This document shows, piece after piece, positions 8,432 to 15,484 of a stretch of DNA of 26,705 nt. The notes under the pieces are model-generated. The model was not told the DNA's origin. It made no database searches and saw nothing but the letters and a program-made list of their open reading frames with translations. This stretch comes from a virus (lineage: Duplodnaviria; Caudoviricetes), in the IMG/VR virus record IMGVR_UViG_3300029822_000063, positions 1-26,705 of that record; one strand, written 5' to 3'. Each line of letters begins with the position of its first letter. Position 1 is the stretch's first letter. Both the position numbers and the translations under genes were made by a program.

Positions 8432-11191
8432 ATGGGCATACCCGGTGTGGTCCTAAACAGTCCAGCTGATCTTGAGGCGCTAACGGCCAGGGTGATCACT
8501 TTATCCGCGACGTACACCGATCCGGCTAACCAGCTGGTTGCCTCATCGTTTACGATCGAGATCGATACCAGTCCCGGATTTTCGAGCGGAGACCTGATCA
8601 CTGCTACGATGGTCAATGTCGCACACAATACCACGCAGCGGGCCGCTGCGGCGCTGTCTGCGGGTACATGGTACTACCGGGCCAGTGCGACAAATGCGGA
8701 CGGGACGACCACCGCAGCGGCATATTCATTTACGGTCACGCATCCGAATATCATCCGGGCGCTCTATCAGTATGAAAACGTGGCGAAGTATGGCCCGGAC
8801 TGGACACAGAAAAGGACTTTGTATCAGTATGAAAATGTCTCAAAATATGGCCCGGACTGGGCAAAAAAGCGGGGCCTCTACCAATACGAAAACGTCACGG
8901 ACGAGCCTCCTTTCCCGCACATAGAGAGGCTGAGCACCACACGGACGAGCCAGGGATCGGTTGTGACCATCTACGGCAACGGCTTCGGCGCAAAGGCCGC
9001 GAGCGATCCGCTGAACGCTGACCGGGCGGCCAGAGGCTATGGAGGGGCCGCTTACCTGGGCGACAAGCAGTGCGGGATTGTGTCCTGGGCATGGCAGGAG
9101 ATCACCTTTACCGTGCCGGTTGACGCAGTCTCCGGGGCCGTTTTTGTCAGGCTGACAACGCCGGAGCCACCGGGCCAGCGGGACAGCAACCTCAAAGGCC
9201 TGGAGATATACGAGGCCCCACCAACAACAGACACCGGGCTGGAATTGTTTGTCTGCGACAAAAATCACCCAAACACAATCCTGGCCCAGCTTGACGCCGC
9301 CACGGAAAAGAGTTTCTACTGCCAGCGTAACGCCAGCGGGTCCGGAATGTTTCGTATCTCCAGGCTGGACGTAAAGGGGAGCGACCGGGCACTGGTCACG
9401 GATCAGAATTACATCTTATGCCGGTTAAACGGTGTTGATGTTTTTAAGTGGATTATTGAGTCCCGCAAGCCCGCCTATGTGGACGATAGCGAGGAACAGT
9501 GGATTGACGTATCAGGCCGGGGTAACATGGCCGTGTTGGATCAGGCGATCATTTACCCGGAGGGGATGCCATACCCGGCCAGCCTGGAGAGGGTTTGGGC
9601 GGACACTCACGGGGCGGCGATATTCCTCCAGTTGTTCAACGAGGCGAAGGCTAGAGGATGTTTCCCATACGTCACGGTCGATTTTACGGCCGATCATGAC
9701 AGCTTGGGGATGCCCTGGACGGACTATACAGACATATCATTTCACGCCGGGACAAAGCTGGGCAATGTGGCCGAAAAGCTGACCACCGGCTTTGGCCTGT
9801 TCGACTTATACATGACGCCGACCTTCGTCCTGCGGGCTTACAAGGGAGCCGAAAACTATCCCGGCCGGGGGACAAACCTGGCTGAAACAGTACGCTTTTT
9901 CAAGGGGCAGAGCATCCTGTCACACGAAAACCAAAGCGACAGCACCAATATTGAGAACGTCGTCCTGGTCGAAGGCGACGCCGGATCGCTTGTTGAGGTC
10001 ACACACAACCTGACTCCCAGCGTTGATGCTTACGGCCGGCGGGAGGGATACCTGCAGGCCCGCAACGTGCCGGATGATTGGACGCAGCTTGCGAATTACG
10101 GCAAGATCAAGGCCGACAAGAGCGGTCAGGTGGCATGGGGGATTAAACTGGCGACGGACTTTTCCTATCATAAGCCTTTCGATACCTACAACCTGGGCGA
10201 TTGGATCTGGGTGCATATCGAGCCGGAGGGCTCTGACACCATTGGGTTCGACGGTGAGGTTAGAGTAGTTGGCATAACCGTCACCGAGGACGCCGACCTG
10301 AAACTGTCGGCACAGCTGGAACTCAACAACATTATGCTGGAGCGCGAGCTGATTATGGCCCAGCTACTTGAGCGGCTGAGCATGGGCAGCACAGATCCGC
10401 AGATGACTAACCCATCCGAGGAGCCGCCGGCGGGGATCGCACACAATCACTTCCACGGCCTGCTTTTGGGGCTGGAGGACGACACTCACCTGCAATATTA
10501 CAACGCCCTGCGGCACGCGGCTGATCCGCACACCGCACTGGCGCGGGTAACGTCGATCAAAAAACAAGGCTCTGACGCCATGACCGGGGACGTGACTCTG
10601 ATCCCTGGGTCAAATGTCACGCTGACGCAAAACACCGAGCAAAAGACGATCACGATTGCGGCGAGCGGCGGCGGAGGCGGCGGCAGTCTGCAATGGTTTA
10701 AATATTACCTGCAAGATCCTGGGGTGAGCACGTCGGCCTATTTAACCAAGGGGAGCGTGTTCCAGCCGGAGGAGGATTACCTGCTTTATGGCTTTGGGGC
10801 GGCTTACAACGAAGCGGTTACTCAGACGGTAAAAATAAGATTATATGAGCTTAACGGGACAACGCAGGTCGGGGCAGCCCTGGCGGAGAGCGATGGGCTT
10901 GCGGGGGCAGGTTATTTTATGCATCGCACTTACAAATTAGCTACCCCTATACTGCTAGAAGCAGGCAAAAGGTATATTATCGCGATGAGTAATGTAACGT
11001 CTGGTGCCACTGTTATGCGAGCGGCGCTTGACAAGCATATCAGCGACTCGGTAACCGGAATAATGGGCATTAATGCGCCAGTGCAAAATGCTTATATTAA
11101 AAGCGCCAATCCAGGCAATGGGGACACGTGGACGCTTACGACCTCAGGCGGAGCTCCCTATGGGGTATCGGTATTAAAGCCAGGATGCTAA
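8432..11191 (+). CDS. Large multidomain tail tip protein (FN3-like, 19-aa repeats, IPT/TIG-like, baseplate hub, C-terminal receptor-binding domain)
   Basis: GTWYYRASATN (FN3-like), GSVVTIYGNGFG...SWAWQEITFTVP (IPT-like), YGRREGY...YNLGDWI (siphovirus hub-like), and an SGGGGGG linker before the C-terminal domain. Confidence 0.8.
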   Translation: MGIPGVVLNSPADLEALTARVITLSATYTDPANQLVASSFTIEIDTSPGFSSGDLITATMVNVAHNTTQRAAAALSAGTWYYRASATNADGTTTAAAYSFTVTHPNIIRALYQYENVAKYGPDWTQKRTLYQYENVSKYGPDWAKKRGLYQYENVTDEPPFPHIERLSTTRTSQGSVVTIYGNGFGAKAASDPLNADRAARGYGGAAYLGDKQCGIVSWAWQEITFTVPVDAVSGAVFVRLTTPEPPGQRDSNLKGLEIYEAPPTTDTGLELFVCDKNHPNTILAQLDAATEKSFYCQRNASGSGMFRISRLDVKGSDRALVTDQNYILCRLNGVDVFKWIIESRKPAYVDDSEEQWIDVSGRGNMAVLDQAIIYPEGMPYPASLERVWADTHGAAIFLQLFNEAKARGCFPYVTVDFTADHDSLGMPWTDYTDISFHAGTKLGNVAEKLTTGFGLFDLYMTPTFVLRAYKGAENYPGRGTNLAETVRFFKGQSILSHENQSDSTNIENVVLVEGDAGSLVEVTHNLTPSVDAYGRREGYLQARNVPDDWTQLANYGKIKADKSGQVAWGIKLATDFSYHKPFDTYNLGDWIWVHIEPEGSDTIGFDGEVRVVGITVTEDADLKLSAQLELNNIMLERELIMAQLLERLSMGSTDPQMTNPSEEPPAGIAHNHFHGLLLGLEDDTHLQYYNALRHAADPHTALARVTSIKKQGSDAMTGDVTLIPGSNVTLTQNTEQKTITIAASGGGGGGSLQWFKYYLQDPGVSTSAYLTKGSVFQPEEDYLLYGFGAAYNEAVTQTVKIRLYELNGTTQVGAALAESDGLAGAGYFMHRTYKLATPILLEAGKRYIIAMSNVTSGATVMRAALDKHISDSVTGIMGINAPVQNAYIKSANPGNGDTWTLTTSGGAPYGVSVLKPGC
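8756..8896 (+). repeat. 57-bp coding tandem repeat (~2.5 copies)
   Basis: RALYQYENVAKYGPDWTQK / RTLYQYENVSKYGPDWAKK / RGLYQYENV. Confidence 0.9.
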
Positions 11192-11340
11192 AAGAGGAGA
11201 GGATCCTGATGTATCTAAAAGACCAGGTCGAGGCAGCGGCCAAGTTCGCCCTGGCCTTTGACGCAGAGATCCGGATCGGGGAGGTAAAAGAGCTTTAAAG
11301 CGGCCGCGCCGGCTAAAGGCAATCAAGAACCACAGTAGCC

Positions 11341-11363
11341 AAAAGCCCCATAACAGGGGCTTT
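11341..11363. terminator. Intrinsic terminator (longer U-tract on the minus strand)
   Basis: AAAAGCCCC-ataaca-GGGGCTTT. Confidence 0.7.
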
Positions 11364-11430
11364 AAATATGGAGCGCCGGCCCGCCCCAGGGGAGGCGGTT
11401 GCCAGAGGTAGGATCTCTGAGCTGCCGGCG
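11341..11430 (-). ncRNA. Candidate ~90-nt structured small RNA (three-way junction)
   Basis: 7-bp closing stem enclosing two 5-bp hairpins. It is bounded by a TTGATC-18-TATGAT promoter with extended TG and by a terminator. Confidence 0.55.
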
Positions 11431-11435
11431 GATCA

Positions 11436-11465
11436 ATCATATCACTATCAGAGTACGCGGATCAA
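11436..11465 (-). promoter_or_regulatory. Sigma-A-type promoter for the candidate sRNA
   Basis: Minus strand TTGATC (11465-11460), 18 bp, TATGAT (11441-11436) preceded by TGA. Confidence 0.55.
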
Positions 11466-11490
11466 AGCAAAAAAATACCAGGGGGTGGGG

Positions 11491-11763
11491 ATGCGATTGA
11501 CTGGAGAAAAAGAATGGTACGACAACAAAACGCTTTACGAGATGATGGTCAATCTCAGCAAGCGGCTTGAACATACCAACGCAGAGCTGGAGAAAACACA
11601 GGTGCTGATCCGGGATTACAACGGACTGCGGGGAAAAGTTGACGCACACGAAAAGATTCTTTTTGAGAGCCAAGGCAAGGAGAAGGGCGGCAAGGATATG
11701 TGGGGGTACATAGTAGGCGGTATCGGCGTATTGCTGGCACTGATTAGTTATACAGCGAGGTGA
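11491..11763 (+). CDS. XhlA-like lysis-associated membrane protein
   Basis: Coiled-coil body plus a C-terminal TM helix (WGYIVGGIGVLLALISY), first in the lysis cluster. Start moved from 11368 to 11491 (or TTG 11497) after GGGGGTGGGG. Confidence 0.6.
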   Translation: MRLTGEKEWYDNKTLYEMMVNLSKRLEHTNAELEKTQVLIRDYNGLRGKVDAHEKILFESQGKEKGGKDMWGYIVGGIGVLLALISYTAR

Positions 11764-11767
11764 AATT

Positions 11768-12070
11768 ATGACCTTTAGTAAAATAATCGTCGCCTTCCTG
11801 CTGATGAACGGTATCGCCATGACTTGGGCGAGCTACTACCTAGCTTATGCCGGTCGGATGCAGATCGCGGAAACGTTATCAAAGGCTGTAGTGGTGGAGA
11901 TCCTGGGAGTAATTGCGGTTTACTCTGTTAAAGCCCTATTGGAAAACTTAAGCAAAAATAACACCTGGCCTGACAGACCAAAGACCGTTATAGGGGACCC
12001 GCCAGTCCCCAATGCGGAGATTGCGCCAGAACCATTGGATGACGAACCTATGATCAAAAAGAGAATATGA
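11768..12070 (+). CDS. Two-TM membrane protein, putative holin/antiholin
   Basis: Two hydrophobic helices, directly upstream of the endolysin. Confidence 0.6.
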   Translation: MTFSKIIVAFLLMNGIAMTWASYYLAYAGRMQIAETLSKAVVVEILGVIAVYSVKALLENLSKNNTWPDRPKTVIGDPPVPNAEIAPEPLDDEPMIKKRI

Positions 12071-12079
12071 GGTGAGAAT

Positions 12080-12832
12080 ATGAAAATCTGCATTGACCCA
12101 GGCCACGGTGGGTATGATCCGGGTGCGGTTGGCCCGACAGGGCTGAAAGAAAAGGATGTTGCCTTGCCTGTTGCAATGCTACTGGCTGAAATATTCCGGG
12201 CGGCGGGGCAGGAGGTTATTCTTACCCGCGACAGCGATAATACTCCGTGGGACTCCGACAGCGACCTGTGGAAGCGCTGCCAGATAGCCAATGACTTTGG
12301 CGCAGATATTTTTGTTTCCATTCACGCCAACGCCGCGGCCAACCCTGCCGGTAAGGGCATGGAGATATATACCACCAAGGGATATACCGATTCCGATCCG
12401 TTAGCGGAGAGCATTGCCGATGCCATGATAGCCGCTTTCCCGAATTTGGTTTTTCGGGCTGATCTCAGCGACGGGGACAAGGATAAGGAAGCAAATTTCT
12501 ATGTGCTTACCAGGACCGCCATGCCGGCAGTGCTGGTGGAGCTGGCTTTTATAAGCAATCCTGATGAAGAGTATATGATGCGAACCGATGATTTTCTGAG
12601 TAGGGCGGCAGGGGCTATAGCGCAGGGCATCGGTAATCTGTACGGCTTTGCTGTTGCGGGGAACGCTCCGACCACAGCCGACCCAAACGCTGTGACCATC
12701 GCCTGCGGGGGGCAGACATTCCCCGGGGTGCTGATTGACAGCGTGACCTATGCTCCTGTGCGCAAGGTAGCAGAGGCGCTGGGGAAACAGGTAGGTTGGG
12801 ATGGCAATACAAGGACGGTGACCATAAGTTGA
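12080..12832 (+). CDS. Endolysin, N-acetylmuramoyl-L-alanine amidase (Amidase_3) with small C-terminal domain
   Basis: IDPGHGG.DPGA, EKD, FVSIHANA and PAVLVELAFISN catalytic motifs. The C-terminal TYAPVRKVAEALGKQVGWD resembles the copper amine oxidase N-terminal-like domain. Confidence 0.95.
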   Translation: MKICIDPGHGGYDPGAVGPTGLKEKDVALPVAMLLAEIFRAAGQEVILTRDSDNTPWDSDSDLWKRCQIANDFGADIFVSIHANAAANPAGKGMEIYTTKGYTDSDPLAESIADAMIAAFPNLVFRADLSDGDKDKEANFYVLTRTAMPAVLVELAFISNPDEEYMMRTDDFLSRAAGAIAQGIGNLYGFAVAGNAPTTADPNAVTIACGGQTFPGVLIDSVTYAPVRKVAEALGKQVGWDGNTRTVTIS

Positions 12833-13155
12833 GAATATACATTGCCGGGCCGCTTACTTCCGACAAACAAGTAGCTAGGCGGCAGAACTGCCTCAATGCT
12901 ATAAATGCAGGCATAGAGGTAATGCGAAAAGGGCATGAGCCTTTTGTTCCCCACCTGATGGACTGGCTGGATAAGTGGGCTAAAAAGGCGGGGGTAGAAT
13001 TTACCTGGCGTGATTACATGGACTGGTGCCTTGCATGGCTTGGACAATGCGAGGCCCTTTTATTTCTCGGCCATTCCAGGGGCGCCGATATCGAACTGGA
13101 AGAAGCGAAGAAGTTGGGGTTGGAAATATACTACTCTGTTGACGAAATGCCGTAG
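12829..13155 (+). CDS. DUF4406/DUF1937-like (nucleoside 2-deoxyribosyltransferase-like fold) protein
   Basis: IYIAGPL...GHEPFVPH...WLGQCEALLFL..SRGADIE motifs. TTG start overlaps the endolysin stop (TTGA). Confidence 0.75.
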   Translation: MRIYIAGPLTSDKQVARRQNCLNAINAGIEVMRKGHEPFVPHLMDWLDKWAKKAGVEFTWRDYMDWCLAWLGQCEALLFLGHSRGADIELEEAKKLGLEIYYSVDEMP

Positions 13156-13211
13156 GATGTGGGAGTTATGCGCCGTTTAGGCCGCTACAAACTAAATTTA
13201 GGAGGGATTCT

Positions 13212-13424
13212 ATGCGCCCAGCATTACAGAGGCTTACGTCCAGAAAGTTTATTATGGCACTTGTGGCCGGAGCTATTGGATTCATCAAGGTATTTTACCC
13301 AGACTTCCCGGAGCCAGCACTATATACGATTGTTGGCTCTCTCATGGGGTATGTAGCCGTTGAAGGCGGTATAGACGCTGTTGGCACGCTTGCAAAGTGG
13401 TTGACTGAGAGAACCACTGGTTAA
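13212..13424 (+). CDS. Small two-TM holin-like protein
   Basis: RLTSRKF N-terminal motif, two TM segments, YVAVEGGID, and an AGGAGG RBS. Confidence 0.75.
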   Translation: MRPALQRLTSRKFIMALVAGAIGFIKVFYPDFPEPALYTIVGSLMGYVAVEGGIDAVGTLAKWLTERTTG

Positions 13425-13522
13425 TTGATTTAAGTTTTTTGCCATCTAAGATAAAAGATGCCCCATTGGTATCAACACAAGTTGCGAGATTATCTGGCGA
13501 AAGTTGGTAGAAATTATTTTAA

Positions 13523-13599
13523 GTCAAGGAAGGAGGAAAAGGGTTGGTTTCCTCCCCAGGCCTGAAGGCCGGGGTTCCCACCAACCCGACGTTCGATGA
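13523..13599. mobile_element. Possible IS200/IS605-family end remnant (bulged subterminal hairpin)
   Basis: TTCCTCCCCAGGCCTGAAGGCCGGGGTTCC bulged hairpin nested within GGGTTGGT/ACCAACCC. No tnpA or tnpB in the window. Confidence 0.4.
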
Positions 13600-13718
13600 G
13601 TAACAAAGAACGCTGCGCCCGGATCATTCGCCTGGCTGAGTTGGCGAAGAAAGAGACAGATGAACGGATACGAAAACAGCTGATGCAACAGATTCACATA
13701 CTGAGCGCCAGGATTTAA
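13596..13718 (+). CDS. Small helical hypothetical protein (40 aa)
   Basis: MSNKERCARIIRLAELAKKETDERIRKQLMQQIHILSARI, ending at a terminator. No adjacent RBS. Confidence 0.35.
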   Translation: MSNKERCARIIRLAELAKKETDERIRKQLMQQIHILSARI

Positions 13719-13745
13719 CCCGCCATCGTGCGGGTTTATTTTTTT
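13717..13745 (+). terminator. Intrinsic terminator closing the late/lysis region
   Basis: AACCCGC-catcgt-GCGGGTT followed by a T-rich tract. Confidence 0.8.
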
Positions 13746-13801
13746 GCTTAAAATCGGTGGCATGACCCCTCCCCTACCCGCATATTTATTTTTGTGCGGT
13801 G

Positions 13802-13831
13802 TTGCAAAGCATTGCTACATCATGATATGAT
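13802..13831 (+). promoter_or_regulatory. Promoter of RHH gene with overlapping ATCATGAT palindrome
   Basis: TTGCAA-18-TATGAT with extended TG. CATCATGATA at 13818-13827 overlaps the -10. Confidence 0.65.
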
Positions 13832-13861
13832 AGGATATATCACAACAGGAGGATTGTAGAA

Positions 13862-14008
13862 ATGGAAAAGCTCAAGGATACGGAAATCCAGATCAAAATA
13901 AACACTGAGGACAAGGAGGGGTTTTACCAAAAGTGTAAAGAGCAGGCGATTAACCCATCGGCCTGGCTCCGGAAAAAAATTTATGAATTTATCGGAGAAA
14001 ATCGGTAA
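13862..14008 (+). CDS. Ribbon-helix-helix-like transcriptional regulator (48 aa, Aca-like role)
   Basis: MEKLKDTEIQIKINTEDKEGFYQKCKEQAINPSAWLRKKIYEFIGENR: alternating beta strand IQIKI, helix, then NPSAWLR helix. AGGAGG RBS. Below the ORF-track cut-off. Confidence 0.75.
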   Translation: MEKLKDTEIQIKINTEDKEGFYQKCKEQAINPSAWLRKKIYEFIGENR

Positions 14009-14014
14009 TATCTG

Positions 14015-14044
14015 TTGACATATCATGATGTATCATGATATAAT
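14015..14044 (+). promoter_or_regulatory. Near-consensus sigma-A promoter whose spacer is two tandem ATCATGAT operators
   Basis: TTGACA (14015-20), 18 bp, TATAAT (14039-44) with TGn. TATCATGATG and TATCATGATA at 14021-14040. Confidence 0.88.
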
Positions 14045-14071
14045 TGCCTTAAGAAAAGGAGGTAAGAACAA

Positions 14072-14359
14072 ATGAAAACACTGAATTATAAGGGCACTGA
14101 AGCAGAAGTAGTGAAAATAGAAAACGGTTGGTTTGCCGGCGGTTTTATGGTCAAGGCAGGGGAGAAAACTTCGTGGGCCTTCGAAACAGAAGCACAGGCC
14201 ACGAAAGCAATCCCGGAAGTAATCAAGTTCTGGGCTAAGTGGGAAGGTAAAGAAGACCCCGCTCCTGGCAAGTATGTTTGCCACGAGTGCGGCGCTGACT
14301 TCAACGTCTATACCTGCCCGGTATGCGGCGAAAGCGATATGATATCTCTTAGAAAGTAA
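14072..14359 (+). CDS. Hypothetical protein with C-terminal zinc ribbon (cassette gene 1)
   Basis: AAAGGAGG RBS; CHEC...CPVC. Confidence 0.85.
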   Translation: MKTLNYKGTEAEVVKIENGWFAGGFMVKAGEKTSWAFETEAQATKAIPEVIKFWAKWEGKEDPAPGKYVCHECGADFNVYTCPVCGESDMISLRK

Positions 14360-14370
14360 ACACCACCAAC

Positions 14371-14400
14371 GGCCCGCCGGGAGCCTCAATCCCGGCAGAA
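14371..14400 (+). repeat. 30-bp intergenic hairpin repeat, copy 1
   Basis: GGCCCGCCGGGAGCCTCAATCCCGGCAGAA; stem GCCGGGA/TCCCGGC, 7-nt loop. Confidence 0.95.
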
Positions 14401-14414
14401 AGGGGATAAGAAAT

Positions 14415-14597
14415 ATGAAAATAGGCACAAGCGTAATCAACCCTAGAGGACACAAAGGTGTTGTAATCGGTCACGATGCCCCGCTTATGGGTTATGAAGT
14501 TGTTATAGTCGAGTGGACTCAGCCGCGCCTCGGCTCACTGACCGACATGGTAACACTGCAGTACAAATTTTTAGCCGACGACTGCGAGGTGTTATAA
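14415..14597 (+). CDS. Small beta-rich (SH3/KOW-like) hypothetical protein (cassette gene 2)
   Basis: RBS is contiguous with the repeat end (GAAAGGGG); MKIGTSV...KGVVIG...VIVEW. Confidence 0.75.
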   Translation: MKIGTSVINPRGHKGVVIGHDAPLMGYEVVIVEWTQPRLGSLTDMVTLQYKFLADDCEVL

Positions 14598-14762
14598 ATG
14601 AGACTGCTGTACGACGGCAAGCCTGTTGGCGAGATTACAACTAACCGGAGTCTTACCCTTGAGGAGTGCTTTGACCTCTTAAATATCGACATCCGCGAGA
14701 TGGAGGATGACAACACTCTCAAGTGGGACTATGAGCTGTTTGAGATGGACTACGACAACTAA
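14598..14762 (+). CDS. Small acidic hypothetical protein, 54 aa (cassette gene 3)
   Basis: MRLLYDGKPVGEITTNRSLTLEECFDLLNIDIREMEDDNTLKWDYELFEMDYDN, with a GAGGTG RBS and 15 D/E vs 5 K/R. Not in the ORF track. Confidence 0.8.
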   Translation: MRLLYDGKPVGEITTNRSLTLEECFDLLNIDIREMEDDNTLKWDYELFEMDYDN

Positions 14763-14769
14763 CACCACA

Positions 14770-14799
14770 GGCCCGCCGGGAGCCACAATCCCGGCAGAA
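14770..14799 (+). repeat. 30-bp intergenic hairpin repeat, copy 2
   Basis: GGCCCGCCGGGAGCCACAATCCCGGCAGAA; single substitution, in the loop. Confidence 0.95.
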
Positions 14800-14816
14800 G
14801 TGGAGGTAGAATAATA

Positions 14817-15062
14817 ATGAGTATTTATAAAAATATAGCAAGTTTTACAAAATGGTTAAACGAAAATTTAAAAAATAATTGTAGCGATTCTATTGATCTA
14901 TATCTTAATGATCTTGTTAGACGACATGGTGAAACAGGAATGAAATGTTTCGAATTAAGTAAATTTTATACTAAATCAGGCAACCCAGAATGTTATTATT
15001 ATGACATTGAAGAAAAACATAACGAAGAAGAAGATACTTGGGAGACAACTTATATATTTTAA
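14817..15062 (+). CDS. AT-rich hypothetical protein with acidic C-terminus (cassette gene 4)
   Basis: GGAGGT RBS after the repeat; conspicuously AT-rich codons relative to neighbours. Confidence 0.8.
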   Translation: MSIYKNIASFTKWLNENLKNNCSDSIDLYLNDLVRRHGETGMKCFELSKFYTKSGNPECYYYDIEEKHNEEEDTWETTYIF

Positions 15063-15100
15063 TAACATAAAACTAATTTTGATGGAAGGAGGATAAGAAA

Positions 15101-15361
15101 ATGTTGTCTTATACAAAAAGGTTAGACCTGGCCCGGAAGTTTGTGGCTAACGCCTGCATCGAGGAAGCAGAACGGACCACCATCCCCATGTACGTTGTGG
15201 AGGACATAGACGCAGTCATAGCCGCCTACGCCGCCGACCTGGAAGTCTTAGAGGATGTCTACGACGATACCCCCTGGCTTGAGCTTACCGAGGCGATCGG
15301 CAACTACTTTGAGGATGATGTAGGCGAGTTTTTAAGCCGCCACGGCATCAAATGGGAGTAG
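15101..15361 (+). CDS. Acidic helical hypothetical protein (cassette gene 5)
   Basis: AAGGAGG RBS; 20 D/E vs 7 K/R in 86 aa. Confidence 0.82.
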   Translation: MLSYTKRLDLARKFVANACIEEAERTTIPMYVVEDIDAVIAAYAADLEVLEDVYDDTPWLELTEAIGNYFEDDVGEFLSRHGIKWE

Positions 15362-15368
15362 CACACAA

Positions 15369-15398
15369 GGCCCGCCGGGAGCCTCAATCCCGGCAGAA
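15369..15398 (+). repeat. 30-bp intergenic hairpin repeat, copy 3
   Basis: Identical to copy 1; no convincing gene follows. Confidence 0.95.
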
Positions 15399-15484
15399 AG
15401 GGAAGGAATTAAGGATTTTTTAGAGAGTGAACAAGCAAAAGAAATGACAAGTAGAAGCATTGTGTAGTACCTGGATATATAATC

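Noticed and set aside
8756-11191. Diversity-generating retroelement acting on the tail protein
   Set aside because: No reverse transcriptase in the window and no TR/VR pair found. Differences among the 57-bp repeats are not adenine-specific.
11186-11298. Short ORF (MLKEERILMYLKDQ...) after the tail protein
   Set aside because: Under 40 codons with no recognisable motif; it cannot be supported from sequence alone.
11368-11490. N-terminal extension of the XhlA-like ORF given in the ORF track
   Set aside because: No RBS at 11368, and the region is better explained by the structured antisense element and its promoter.
14072-15361. Assigning named Acr families to the cassette proteins
   Set aside because: I could not match any of them to a known Acr sequence with confidence; a profile search is required.
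14371-15398. 30-bp repeats as a CRISPR array
   Set aside because: Intervals are 399 and 599 bp and contain whole genes with RBSs; there is no cas operon. Retained only as a possible repeat mimic.
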